Below, one piece after another: positions 20,531 to 31,441 of a DNA stretch of 64,000 nucleotides. Each line of letters starts with the position of its first letter. Position 1 is the stretch's first letter. The position numbers were made by a program, and so were the translations under genes. Origin of the DNA: Candidatus Bathyarchaeota archaeon (lineage in GTDB: Archaea; Thermoproteota; Bathyarchaeia; Bathyarchaeales; Bathycorpusculaceae); NCBI GenBank assembly GCA_963733095.1, contig CAVTBV010000013.1:416001-480000 (forward strand), read 5' to 3'. The notes beneath the pieces are model-generated. The model saw only the letters and a program-made list of their open reading frames with translations. It searched no databases and was not told the origin of the DNA.

Positions 20531-21398
20531 AAAATTCGTTGCTGTAGCAATTATCGTTATGATATCAATAGTTTCAGTGGCAGTATTAACAAATGCATAC
20601 CAAACAGTACCAACCGGATACCAAGGCGTTGTACTTGCATGGGGTAATCCAGTTCGGACTGTAAGTTCAGGGCTAAATTTGATAACTCCAATCGCTGAAA
20701 ATATTGCTTTAGTGAACACTCAAATACAAAAAGCCACAGCCCAAGAGTCAGCCGCGTCTTCAGACCTACAGGAAGTATCAACATCAGTTACAGTTAACTA
20801 TCAGCTAGATGCAGCTTACGCTAAAGAAATCTACACCAATCTCCGTGACCAATATGAAACCAGAGTAATTCTTCCTGCGATGCAAGATGCCTTAAAAGCT
20901 TCAACAGCAAAGTTTCAAGCAAGCGAATTAATTACACAGCGAGAAGCAGCTAAAACCGCCTTTCTAACTCTGTTACAAGATAAACTAACTCAATATCACA
21001 TAACTATAGTCTCAGTTTCTATCACTGACTTCCAATTTTCAGAATCATTTAAAGTTGCCATTGAAGCAAAAGTTACAGCTGAACAAAACGCTCTTGCAGC
21101 AAAGAATAAACTTGAGCAAATAGGCTATGAAGCTCAACAGCAAGTCATCCAAGCAACCGCAAATGCCACAGCAATAGTAACCACAGCTAATGCTAACGCA
21201 AATGCAACAATAATAGCAGCAAACGCAACGGCTCAAGCAGTGCAAATAATTCAGGTGCAACTTACACCGGAGTATATAGCGTACCTTTATGCAATCGGCT
21301 GGGATGGAAAACTTCCAATCTACTGGTCTTCAGGGAATAGCACAGCTCCCTTCTTGCTATTGCCAACAGAACAAGCAATCAACACCACAACCCCATAG
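20508..21398 (+). CDS. SPFH/prohibitin (band 7) family protein
   Basis: TM then VPTGYQGVVL, SSDLQEV, ELITQRE, FKVAIEAKVTAEQ, WDGKLP. Confidence 0.9.
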   Translation: MKMESLYKKFVAVAIIVMISIVSVAVLTNAYQTVPTGYQGVVLAWGNPVRTVSSGLNLITPIAENIALVNTQIQKATAQESAASSDLQEVSTSVTVNYQLDAAYAKEIYTNLRDQYETRVILPAMQDALKASTAKFQASELITQREAAKTAFLTLLQDKLTQYHITIVSVSITDFQFSESFKVAIEAKVTAEQNALAAKNKLEQIGYEAQQQVIQATANATAIVTTANANANATIIAANATAQAVQIIQVQLTPEYIAYLYAIGWDGKLPIYWSSGNSTAPFLLLPTEQAINTTTP

Positions 21399-21572
21399 TA
21401 TAACAAAGCCGTGAAGAGAAATATCGAACTCTACATGCAGAAAAAACCCCTCATCACTGATGGCACAGTAGGAAAGAAACCGTTTTTCAAACGAAAACAA
21501 CATGGGAAATCATGAAACCAAGTTCAAAGCAAAAGTCACTAGAGATTGCCCTCGCTACTGAAACGATAATAA

Positions 21573-21723
21573 CTTGTTAAGGGATACAAGGAAATAAAAT
21601 TTGCTGTGTGTCGAATGAAATGGTTGCAATGGGCGGGAGGTTTACTGAGGCTCTGGGCAGGGATTTTAAAGAGGAGCAAGTGCGTATCCCTAGATTAACT
21701 CATAACCAGAGCCTACTCAGCCC
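21573..21723. repeat. Conserved non-coding element with bulged stem-loop, copy 2
   Basis: Aligns with 15870-16027. Confidence 0.8.
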
Positions 21724-21783
21724 GTTTCTTCTCCGATACTTAAAGACAAAAAAAGGGGAAAAGATTTTTGTTGCGATTTTATC

Positions 21784-24318
21784 CTATGATCTTTTCCTTA
21801 GCAGCAATAGTGCTAAGACTGCTCCGATTACGGCGAGTGCAACGAACAAGCCAACAATTGCAGGAACAAAATATTGATCAGCAACAGATTTCTCAGCGAT
21901 TGGCGATGGAGTTGCTGTTGGTGCGGCTGGGTCAACAACGAACGCTGCTACTGCGTGCGATGGGTAGTAGGATTGAGAACCAGCGAAGGAAGCGTAAACA
22001 GTATATTTGCCTTCGATGTCTGGAGTCCAGGTGAAACTAAAGAACCCGTCAGCATCACTTGTGGTTTGTCCAATGTCTCTATAGTTTCCGTTTGAATCCA
22101 TAACACTTATTGTAACTGGAACACCGGTTGCATTTGTTGGGCGGGGTAACTGCTTATATACATATACCATCCAGTCGCTCATGCTTGCATCAGATACTGC
22201 TGGAACACCGTTTGGAAAACGTGCTGTCAAAGCGTATTTTTCTGTGCCCGGCGATATGTCAGTTACTGTACCTTGAACCAGCACACTGCTGCCAAACGTT
22301 GAGACTGCGGGTAATGCTTCAACCTTTGTTTCACTCGGGCCTTTACCTACTGCGAATATAAGCACGTCATATGTGTCGATTTTTACAAGCGTACTATCTC
22401 CTATTAAACCTCGTCCGCCCCAGTCAGAACCTCGCATTAGCCCGTTTACTCTCCAGATGACCTCGCCCGTTGTTGCATTAAGACAGACGTACGGTGCACC
22501 TCTTGGCAATGGTTGGTTGTCGGAGTGCGCACTGGTTCGTATGTAGATTTTTCCATCAGCTATGAAATCAATTCGGGCGATCCAGTTGTCACTCCATAAA
22601 ATTTCATCCAGAGGATCAGTCATGGCATAAGCCCATAGTTTTTCTCCGGTCTTTGCATCATAGCAATCAATTATGCCCTTTGTCCCGTGAGTGTAGACTT
22701 TTCCGTCAGCGATAATGGTCCAAGTTTCTAGATAGCTTAAGTAAAACTCTGGCTCAGTTGAAGCCCACATAAATTCTCCGGTGTCAAGGTCGTATGTACG
22801 CAAGGTGCCAAGATCTTTCATGTAGATAACAAAGACTCTGTCTTTGACACCGACACGTGAGTAGCCAAAAGTTACGTTGCCAGCTGGTGCGTCATAGGTT
22901 TTATTGTACAGAAGTTGCCCTTGGTGTCCCAGTTTTAGGTCGATCGCCCAGATTGTGAACGGGGGATTGTTGATGTTTTCAGGGCTGGCTCTGAAGTAGC
23001 CGATTACAATGTCTTCTGCAACATAATAGCTAGGTGATCCCGGCAAGCCCGTGGGTATCGATACGTTCGCTTGGTAGCCGTTTAAGCCTAAAGGTGTTGA
23101 ATATGTCGTTGCTGTCGGTCCAGTTGCGTTGATAGTCTTTCCCTGTGGTCGCCATGAGCCCCAGTTGGGACTGTTTGGGTTTGTACCCCAATAGCAGTCA
23201 ATGACTGCTGAGGAGTTCCATACCAGCATATAGCCCCTTGTTTGATCGAGTACATATTTCATGATTTCTCCGTTTGGACCGAGTGTTGAGCTTGCGCTTG
23301 GTACGTTGGTCATTGTGAATAGCCAGCGTCCATCGGCAGGGTCAAATGCATACCATGTTGATCCAGAAGTGCCCCATAAGTATGTGAAAGCGCCCTGAAC
23401 GTTGAATGAGGTGAATTTCATTACTTGCCCAAATGATAGCGTTACATTGGTTCCGTCAGGTGCCCTTAGTGTTCTTGACCACAACTGTTCGCCTGTATGT
23501 ACGTCAACCGCAACTACATAGTTCTCGACAGAACTACCGCCGATAGTGTTGAATTTATTGTAATAAAGTATTCCGTTGACGATCACCGATCCAGAGAATT
23601 TGCCTTCGTAGGCATCGCCACCAAAGACCGAGTAGTCATAGTCTCCTGTAAGTCCTCCGTATTCTATGGGTTTAGACCACAGAACGTGTGCACTTTCTGG
23701 TGCATAATCGTTGTTTTCAACCACTGCACCAGCTAAGTTGTCTCCAAATTGGCCAATACCTAGCCAGTTTCCACCGATTACTTTCCATTCTCTAGCTTGT
23801 GCATCGATGGGGCGAGTCCAGTATTCTGTTGGCAATGGTATTGCAGGGTATTGATCAATTGGCGCATCGGTTACTGTGAGGTTAAGTATTTGGCTGTCAG
23901 CTGCCTCATAGTAAAGTTGATATTCTGTTCGACCAATGCTGTAGTTGTACCATTGTGCGGGAAAGTGCGTCTGTATTTGGTATGTGCCTGCAACATCTGG
24001 TACAAATGTTGTGCCCGTACCGCCCGTTGCATCTGTTCTAAAAGGCCCCAAGGTTTGCATCGTACCATCGGGTTTGATTATTATAGCTGTTATCCCTGTC
24101 CAGCCATCTTGTGTTATCCGCAGAGGTTGTGTGATGCCCAAATGGAGAAGGGTTTCTTGACCAACTCCTACAGGGTTTGGTGTCGAGCCGATGAAAGCAT
24201 ATGCTTTGATTTTGCCGGTAACTTGGCTGTCGGCAAGTGGTAAGGTAGCGGCAAGAGATATTGATATTGACAACATTAGAAACAAAGCAAGCAAAATCGT
24301 AGTTTTATGTTTAGACAT
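21784..24318 (-). CDS. PQQ-like beta-propeller surface protein (paralog 2)
   Basis: 844 aa; signal peptide, PNPVGVGQ, DAKTGEKLW repeats, FPNGVPAVSD, C-terminal TM. Confidence 0.9.
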   Translation of the reverse strand: MSKHKTTILLALFLMLSISISLAATLPLADSQVTGKIKAYAFIGSTPNPVGVGQETLLHLGITQPLRITQDGWTGITAIIIKPDGTMQTLGPFRTDATGGTGTTFVPDVAGTYQIQTHFPAQWYNYSIGRTEYQLYYEAADSQILNLTVTDAPIDQYPAIPLPTEYWTRPIDAQAREWKVIGGNWLGIGQFGDNLAGAVVENNDYAPESAHVLWSKPIEYGGLTGDYDYSVFGGDAYEGKFSGSVIVNGILYYNKFNTIGGSSVENYVVAVDVHTGEQLWSRTLRAPDGTNVTLSFGQVMKFTSFNVQGAFTYLWGTSGSTWYAFDPADGRWLFTMTNVPSASSTLGPNGEIMKYVLDQTRGYMLVWNSSAVIDCYWGTNPNSPNWGSWRPQGKTINATGPTATTYSTPLGLNGYQANVSIPTGLPGSPSYYVAEDIVIGYFRASPENINNPPFTIWAIDLKLGHQGQLLYNKTYDAPAGNVTFGYSRVGVKDRVFVIYMKDLGTLRTYDLDTGEFMWASTEPEFYLSYLETWTIIADGKVYTHGTKGIIDCYDAKTGEKLWAYAMTDPLDEILWSDNWIARIDFIADGKIYIRTSAHSDNQPLPRGAPYVCLNATTGEVIWRVNGLMRGSDWGGRGLIGDSTLVKIDTYDVLIFAVGKGPSETKVEALPAVSTFGSSVLVQGTVTDISPGTEKYALTARFPNGVPAVSDASMSDWMVYVYKQLPRPTNATGVPVTISVMDSNGNYRDIGQTTSDADGFFSFTWTPDIEGKYTVYASFAGSQSYYPSHAVAAFVVDPAAPTATPSPIAEKSVADQYFVPAIVGLFVALAVIGAVLALLLLRKRS

Positions 24319-25084
24319 TTTTCTTTTTTCTTCCCCTAAACTTATAATTGAACAGAAACAAATTTTTCCAAAAAATTGTTTTTGTTCAATGGTCTTTGTT
24401 TTGTTAGGATATAATTTATAAAGTTAATTGGAAAGTGGGTACTGACGTCGAAAATGAATTATAAATTGATAAGAATAGGCGTAATTATAACAAAATTATG
24501 GCATAAATAGATAAAGCCAGATATAAACATTCGTTAACAAAACTGGGCTTTAAAGGTCTGAGAAATTTCGGTTTTAGATTTCTAAGACAGCAAAAGCTTA
24601 TTTTCTGATAAAAACAATAAAGCATTCGTTGTCTTGTTTTGTGGTGTCTTAAGAGCTTACACTCTTTGTATTGTCTTATTGGTGTAAATCGAAAGTCAGT
24701 CAAGCTGCCCTAGACGCTAAAAATGTTTGAAGATCTCAAGGAAATAATTCTTTTTACTATGCATTTCATGACACATTCTAATTAATTTATGGTAAAAAGT
24801 GTTAATGGAAAAATTATTTAAACGTGTAAACAGCCTATTTAACCATACTTTTGCGAAGAAATATGTTACAAAAGTGTTGTAAAAGGGTAAAACCGAACAA
24901 ACGGCACTTTTTCAATGAAAACCTATGGAGAAAACCCGTATAATTATTGAATTTCTTGATAATTCCTAAAAAGAGATTGTGTTCCAACACAACAGTGTGT
25001 TCCTTAAATGGAACAGATTGTTCCACGAGTAGAGCTAAAAGGCACTTTTGGTCCCTAAATAGATAAAGGAGTTTTGAGAAAACC

Positions 25085-25645
25085 ATGCGTCCGCTAGCAG
25101 GCAAGAAATTCACAATAATACTTATTATCGCACTTACCTTAATGACTTCAGTAACTGTAACATTACTTAGTAAAAACGAGTTCCTGACGAAAACTAATGC
25201 TGAATTACTAAGGACAAATAATGAATTACAAGAGAAGTACGGTAGCTCTTATGAGAATTTATTAATACAATTACAAAATGTATCTTCCGAGTTAGAGAAT
25301 GTTAGAAGAAATTATACTCAGTTATTGAAATTTTTTGGAGCAGATTCGGAGCCTAAAATACAAACCCTGCTTGGAACAACTTTAATAGAACCATACCAAA
25401 ATAAAGACGAAAACTATCTTTGGGTAACAGGAAAAGTTGAGAACACAGAAAACGTTACAGTTTATGACGTGCGATTGAAGTTTACGATTTTTACAAACAA
25501 TGGAGTCGATGTCAAAGAGGACCTTATTGGAACCCTGCAACCCTATCAAGTGGTTGATAGACGTTTCTCAGTCTTAACCTCTATGGGGAAGATAACAAAT
25601 TGGTCGATTGAAACAGAAGCAACTTTCATTCCGACCGATTACTAG
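25085..25645 (+). CDS. Membrane-anchored coiled-coil plus FxLYD-like Ig domain protein
   Basis: N-terminal TM, coiled coil, VTGKVENT..IGTLQP. Confidence 0.65.
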   Translation: MRPLAGKKFTIILIIALTLMTSVTVTLLSKNEFLTKTNAELLRTNNELQEKYGSSYENLLIQLQNVSSELENVRRNYTQLLKFFGADSEPKIQTLLGTTLIEPYQNKDENYLWVTGKVENTENVTVYDVRLKFTIFTNNGVDVKEDLIGTLQPYQVVDRRFSVLTSMGKITNWSIETEATFIPTDY

Positions 25646-26170
25646 CTTCTATTGATCAGACGTGATATAGAAACGATTCAAAACTAAGTTTTAACCTACA
25701 AAGACCACCAATATTTTTTTGTGCATTAAAATTTAATAATCCCGATTTGACTACGGATACCTGCCCTGTCTGAAAATAAGCTGAAAAGGCAGGGCATTGT
25801 TTCTGCTCCCAATAATTGAGTTTGAGTTCCCCTAAAGAGGGACATCGTGAAGTCTTACTCTGAGAATTTATCTTTAAGAAGATATTTTGACGGACCCGCA
25901 CTCGTTAACGTGATGAGACATTCGAGAGGGTTAAAGGTGGTAGCGCATCACTTATTTTTTTAAGGCTGGTCCGCTAAAACTTTCTTGCATTTGCATTTTA
26001 ATAACTTTTTTTGCAATAAATAACTTTGTAACTGGATGAGTGCAGTGACAAAAATGTTCATTTTCACCTTAATTCATAAATTCATTTTAAGGCAATTCAA
26101 GGCTTCAATTATCAAAGCATGGCCCAGTCTAATTATTTTGAATCATTTTGAAGTATTTCAATTTCTTCGG

Positions 26171-26956
26171 CTATTCTTCAGCTTTTTCCCAATCGGATTC
26201 AAAGCTTGTTCTCAACACACCGATAAGGTTCCCGTTGTTTGTCCACAAAGAGGGGCTTTGACCCAATCCGCTTTCTTTGGAAGTTGTAATCAAAGCTTCT
26301 TTATCATCAGACATTATGAAGTGATTCAAAGGTTCACGATGAAACTTTACTTGAACTGAAGCGCCATCGATGAGTTTTTGCACTTTTTCCATGAGCAACT
26401 CGTCCGGATCTTCTCCTTCAAAAATTAGTCGAATCTGAGCCCCTTTCTTTATCGCCTGCTTGCATTCATCTGAAAACTGAGACATAGTCGGTATGATTCT
26501 TGCCTTGTCTGCAATCAGAGCGACTTCTTTTGCTGAGTTTCTAATCAGTCCCGAAGTCTTCGCCAAAATAGCTTTTTTTTCTGCTATCAGTATGAAAATA
26601 CTTTCCTCATTAGAAAGCGGTGGTTTCCAATCCTTAAGCGATAGTCTTTCAACTATACCTTTCATACCCTTCAAACGTTCATCAGATTTGCCTTCTTCTT
26701 CTGACACAAGGAAACTTAAGGCATCCGATATAGGCGTCGCTCGAATCTCTGTTGGTTTACCTAGCAGTTTTTCGATCAAACCCATATGCTCAAGAGCTGG
26801 CAGAATCCTGTAGACATCCTCTCGGTACACTTTCGAAAACTTCGATATTTGCCCAAAAGTGGTTTTTTCGAGTCTAAGTATAGCTAAGTAAACCTTTGCC
26901 TGATTGAGAGTCAAACCTAAACCAAGAAGCAAGTCCATATTTTCGTCGTTGGACAA
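26171..26956 (-). CDS. TrmB-family transcriptional regulator
   Basis: LGLTLNQAKVYLAIL...REDVYRILPALEHMGLIEK; LWTNN..FESDW. Confidence 0.9.
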   Translation of the reverse strand: MSNDENMDLLLGLGLTLNQAKVYLAILRLEKTTFGQISKFSKVYREDVYRILPALEHMGLIEKLLGKPTEIRATPISDALSFLVSEEEGKSDERLKGMKGIVERLSLKDWKPPLSNEESIFILIAEKKAILAKTSGLIRNSAKEVALIADKARIIPTMSQFSDECKQAIKKGAQIRLIFEGEDPDELLMEKVQKLIDGASVQVKFHREPLNHFIMSDDKEALITTSKESGLGQSPSLWTNNGNLIGVLRTSFESDWEKAEE

Positions 26957-27435
26957 AATAAACTCCCATTATAATTCTTATATTGAATATTTTTAAATTT
27001 TGTGTCCTTTTTCCAAGTTAGCACTGAAAGTTATTGAATAAGTGATTATTATTTTGCAGGCTATAATCAATAAAACTGGAAAACTTGGTAGAAACGAGTT
27101 GGTTTGTATATGATAAGCTCCAGTTACATAGAGTTATATTCTATTAAGAAAATAACAGTTTTGATTGTAGAATGCAATAAGGAGAAGCGAATTTTGAGCA
27201 GAAATTCTGAATTGATTGATTTTCGATTGCCAAAAGAAAAATCATGGTGCGTTAGAATAGTTGAAGGTGAATTATTAGACGGTAAAGTCAGAGCAAAACA
27301 ATGTTCACAATGCAAGCACTCTTGTAATTTGGTTGCCACTGGATGTGGGAATTCAAATTCAATGCTGTACGGTTGTTCTGCAAGCAAATGTACTCATTTA
27401 CTCATACACGTTAAGTATACTTCTGCTTTTCTTCA

Positions 27436-27726
27436 ATGAAGGTTATTCAATCCATATTTGAGGTAGGTGATGAAGAATTGAAAATGAGTGATGCAATGAT
27501 ATTAAAACGTGAAATGGTGAGCTCCTGCAACGTAGACGTTGAAATTCTTGAAACCTTTAAGGATGGACTTGTGTTGAGGGTTGAAAACACAGTCAACAGA
27601 AACTCACTTGTGCTTATATCGGATTTTGTTGATAAACATCGGCTAAATATGTTGTTCGATAGTGGGGTTTATTTCATTTCTAAGGAAATCCTTGCGCCGT
27701 CAGAATTAACTTACTTATCAGAATAA
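27436..27726 (+). CDS. Hypothetical protein
   Basis: Internal AGGTGA RBS suggests a start near 27478-27484. Confidence 0.5.
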   Translation: MKVIQSIFEVGDEELKMSDAMILKREMVSSCNVDVEILETFKDGLVLRVENTVNRNSLVLISDFVDKHRLNMLFDSGVYFISKEILAPSELTYLSE

Positions 27727-28526
27727 GTGAAGTACTATCGTAAAAGCCCTTGGCGGGCGCGATATATAGACTAAGAATTTGTGTATCCAATACCATAATC
27801 CCGCCTCCCACTTCAACACTATCCTTCGCTTTGAAGATTTAAGATTTATCATCATTGAAGACTTGGCTAACGCCTCTAATTTTTTGTTTTTGAAGGGTTT
27901 AAAATATAGTTTTAAGTTAGGCGAGACAAACAGCACTGCAGAAATCCAAAAATACTGCAAACGAAGTTGTAGAAAATCAAAGAGGGCTCCTACAAAAGAT
28001 ACAGGCAATCTCAAGATTATGTGCCAATACTATGATAAACCGTATAATGAAAATAAACGGGCTTATGTATACACTGTGGAAAGTTTTTTTGCTCTTTCCA
28101 TAAAATCCCATACAACAGAATTTAATCCCCAAACCCAAACTCTCTCCCACAGACACATGACAAAGCCATAGGCTAAAACTAATAGTTAAGACAAAGAAGA
28201 AGAATATTCTCAGATAAATGGTATATAACGTGTTTGCATCAAAATTTAACCCGATAAGTCTCCTTTTCCTAAGAGGGCAGAAAAGGGATTTAGGGATCAA
28301 AGGAGCAGAGAATTATGTTAAAGAACTCAGTAAAATGAGTTAGAGCATAATCGTATGTATACCGAAGCAACAAAAACAGAGACGATGTTTGCGAGAAATC
28401 CCCTTTTTCTTTTTAATGGTCTCGTGCTATTGTGCAAAAACAGAGTCCTTAGGTGCAGGGAGGGTGCCCTTTAGGTAGGTGTACTCGCTACCTGAGGTGT
28501 TAGCTTATAAGTACTGCGTTTTTGTT

Positions 28527-29132
28527 TTATTGTTTCATTAGTTTTAAGCCGTTTGTTGATGTATAGACGTTCTGCTCGTACACTCCGTTCCAGTGGTCGT
28601 GCCATGTGCCTTCCATCTGGTTTGAAGTGAACGTAAATACACCAATTGTACCAATTTGCTCAATCGGACCCGCGTTTCCTTTAGTTAGAGTTAGCTGTGT
28701 TCCATTTATTGTGCCTGTTAGTTGCATTGGTGAAACATCAGGGGTATAACCAGACCCTTGAACTAATTGTCTATTTGAATAAGTAAACTGTATGTTGACA
28801 ATTACGATGTGCTCGTCGCTTGTTCCCGTTATAGTCCAAGTCATTGTGCGATCTTCTGAGCCCACATTTGTGAGTTGACCGAAGTTTTCATAGTCTGTGG
28901 CGAATGTAAATTGTGTGGACAATGTTGTTGTCCATGTTCCTTCTATGTCTCTTGTTGGAGTCAGTTTACCTCCATCAGAAATAGAGGTATCAGTGAAATC
29001 ATTGAAAAAACCAGTAAAATATAACGCTCCGACGATTGACACGATTAGTATCACAACAGGTATTATTTGACTTGGTTTCGCTTTGTTTTTCGTCTTGTTT
29101 GATTGCGATGGGACTTTGGCAAATCTAAACAT
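28527..29132 (-). CDS. Membrane-anchored beta-barrel-like hypothetical protein
   Basis: Single TM, then Thr-rich beta strands (IEGTW, MEGTW). Confidence 0.65.
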   Translation of the reverse strand: MFRFAKVPSQSNKTKNKAKPSQIIPVVILIVSIVGALYFTGFFNDFTDTSISDGGKLTPTRDIEGTWTTTLSTQFTFATDYENFGQLTNVGSEDRTMTWTITGTSDEHIVIVNIQFTYSNRQLVQGSGYTPDVSPMQLTGTINGTQLTLTKGNAGPIEQIGTIGVFTFTSNQMEGTWHDHWNGVYEQNVYTSTNGLKLMKQ

Positions 29133-29363
29133 TTTTACACCTTACGCGAGATGAGAGGTAAACCATAAAAAACTTGTGTATTACAAATAAACATGCTTGG
29201 ACTAAGCAACAATTTTGTTGACGTGCTATTTCTCGGTTTTTAGGTCTTATGGTGCCAAAAACAGGGCTTTCTGATTACCCATATGTAAGCAGAGCAATTC
29301 TTTTCTAGACAGTTTCTTCGGCACTTCACGAAAGCCCTTTTAAACTGGGACGATGTTGATTCG

Positions 29364-29429
29364 ATGGGGGATGATGTCGCCGTCCCAGTCTGACTGTAAG
29401 ATGAAGAACGAAAATTTGACAGACCCCAT
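29364..29429 (+). ncRNA. Archaeal box C/D guide sRNA (D' guide predicted for 23S rRNA Gm2251)
   Basis: Terminal stem ATGGGG/CCCCAT; C ATGATGT 29371-77; 12-nt guide; D' CTGA 29390-93; C' ATGAAGA 29401-07; 12-nt guide; D CAGA 29420-23; upstream TTTTAAA at 29338; downstream oligo-T. Confidence 0.85.
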
Positions 29430-29536
29430 TTTCTTTTGTGTCTTTTTTTCTGCGGTTGGGTGTTCTTCTGGGGGAACGGGGTGTTCTTTAGGGAGAGTAA
29501 TATCTGGGAGTTGTCAATATCTTCTTGGTGACTTGA

Positions 29537-31441
29537 ATGAGTTTTCAAAGTAAAAGGGTCGGAACGTTGAAGAAAAGAGGAATCCTCAAATCCCTTATGC
29601 TTGCGGTAATTTTGTTTTCGGCAGTTTGGATGTTTAGCTTCCAGACGGGGCAAGCTTCTAGGATCATTGTCGTTCCGCAAGATTACCCCACGATAGGTGA
29701 GGCAGTGAGCCATGCTTCTGCAGACGACGTTATAGCGGTGAAGCCAGGGGTTTACTATGAAAACCTGCAAATCGACAAATCCATAACGCTTATGGGCGAA
29801 GACAGAGAAAACACCCTTATCATAGGTGAAGGCGGATCCGACGAACCAGCCGTTCTCACGTTGGCAGCCGCAAACATCAAGGTTTCAGGATTCACCATCC
29901 AAAGCGTCAACAGCACAAATCCCTCACAAAACGCCATAGGCATATACCTCCTGGGCGATGACTGCACAATCAGCGACAACATCATAAAGAGCAACTACTT
30001 CGGAGTTTTCTGTGCCGTCCAATCATCTACAACCATAACCAACAACATCATCACCTTGAGCATTAAAGACGGCGTCCGATTCTATGCTGGCTCCCAAAAC
30101 AACATCTCCGACAACAACATCATAGCAAACGCGGTTTCAGGTGTTGCTTTAGGCGGCTACTCAAATACAGTTGAGGGAAACACCTTTCAGAGCAATACCC
30201 GCGGGTTAGGTTTGGGTGCATCCAACTCTGTGGTGTTCAATAATACAATGGCTTCGAATACTGAGTCAGGTATTTTCCTCTCAGGGTCAAAAAACGTAAT
30301 CGTTGGCAACGAGGTTGATTCCAACAAGTACGGAGTCTACATTACGACTCAGGGGGCTTCTCCAACTGCAAACGAAATTTACCGAAACAACTTTGTTAAT
30401 AATTTCTATAACGCCTTCGGCAACTCTTCTTACCTTATCGAGAGCTGGGATGGCGGTTCTCAAATGGGCGGAAACTACTGGAGCGACTACCAAACAAAAT
30501 ACCCCACGGCCGCTGAAAACGGTAATTCAGGAATAGAAAACACTGCATACACCATTAACGCCAACAACCTGGATCAGTATCCCTTGACCACGCCCTTCAG
30601 AATCGCAAGTCTTGACAAGGCGCCAGCGGCAATCTCTCCAAGTCCTGTCAAGCCCAACAGCGTCGTTGCTTCATGGTCATTCGACAGTGTCGATTCGGAT
30701 CTTGTGGCTCCCGATTCAACTGGCAATAACCCTGCTGTTTTGGGGTCGGTTACTGGTGTCTACAACTACACCCCGGCCCGGGTGCAAGGCAAATTTGGGG
30801 CGGCATTAAGCTTCAACGGCAACACCTATGCCGCAGTCCAACCATCACCAAGCCTCGAAACCCTAAATGAAGTAACAGTTGATGTTTGGGTGAATGTGCC
30901 CGAAATCAAAGCAGACGTCCCCTACAACAATATCCTCATCGAAGCCGTCCGATCCACCGCGTCCCTCCCAACAAGAACTCTCGGTGTAGCGATTAACGGC
31001 GAAACACCCAGCAATGCAAGTTCCCCACCCATAGGTGTCCTCCGTGCCTATACCATGACATCCAGCGGCTTCAACGAGATAGACACTAAAGAGCCTCTTC
31101 CGTTTAACACTTGGGTTCATGTGGTTTTTGTCCGTAGCATAACCACCGGTATGCACCTCTATGTAGGCGGAAAAGAGCAGTCCGTTACCGTCGTTGCTGG
31201 AACAGCTAACCCCACGGGTCCAATACAGAAACCAACCGACATCTACATCGGACATGACTCAATAACTGAAATCGACCAACTCCAAATCAGTAACAATGCT
31301 GAGGCTTTTGGGCAACCGCTTTGGCAGCAATGGTGGCTATGGGCGGCGATCATATTAGCAGGCGTGGCAGGGTCTGGTTTGGTGTTCTACTTCAAGAGAC
31401 AGAGCGTAGGAAAATTATCTAAAAAACAAACAAATGAATAG
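29537..31441 (+). CDS. Secreted NosD-like beta-helix plus LamG domain surface protein
   Basis: VPQDYPTIGEAV, Asn-rich beta-helix repeats, GNYWSDY, GKFGAALSFNG, C-terminal TM. Confidence 0.85.
   Translation: MSFQSKRVGTLKKRGILKSLMLAVILFSAVWMFSFQTGQASRIIVVPQDYPTIGEAVSHASADDVIAVKPGVYYENLQIDKSITLMGEDRENTLIIGEGGSDEPAVLTLAAANIKVSGFTIQSVNSTNPSQNAIGIYLLGDDCTISDNIIKSNYFGVFCAVQSSTTITNNIITLSIKDGVRFYAGSQNNISDNNIIANAVSGVALGGYSNTVEGNTFQSNTRGLGLGASNSVVFNNTMASNTESGIFLSGSKNVIVGNEVDSNKYGVYITTQGASPTANEIYRNNFVNNFYNAFGNSSYLIESWDGGSQMGGNYWSDYQTKYPTAAENGNSGIENTAYTINANNLDQYPLTTPFRIASLDKAPAAISPSPVKPNSVVASWSFDSVDSDLVAPDSTGNNPAVLGSVTGVYNYTPARVQGKFGAALSFNGNTYAAVQPSPSLETLNEVTVDVWVNVPEIKADVPYNNILIEAVRSTASLPTRTLGVAINGETPSNASSPPIGVLRAYTMTSSGFNEIDTKEPLPFNTWVHVVFVRSITTGMHLYVGGKEQSVTVVAGTANPTGPIQKPTDIYIGHDSITEIDQLQISNNAEAFGQPLWQQWWLWAAIILAGVAGSGLVFYFKRQSVGKLSKKQTNE

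Noticed and set aside
24980-25024. Chromosomal replication origin (ORB repeats)
   Set aside because: No G-string, no adjacent orc1/cdc6; better explained as a transcription-factor site.
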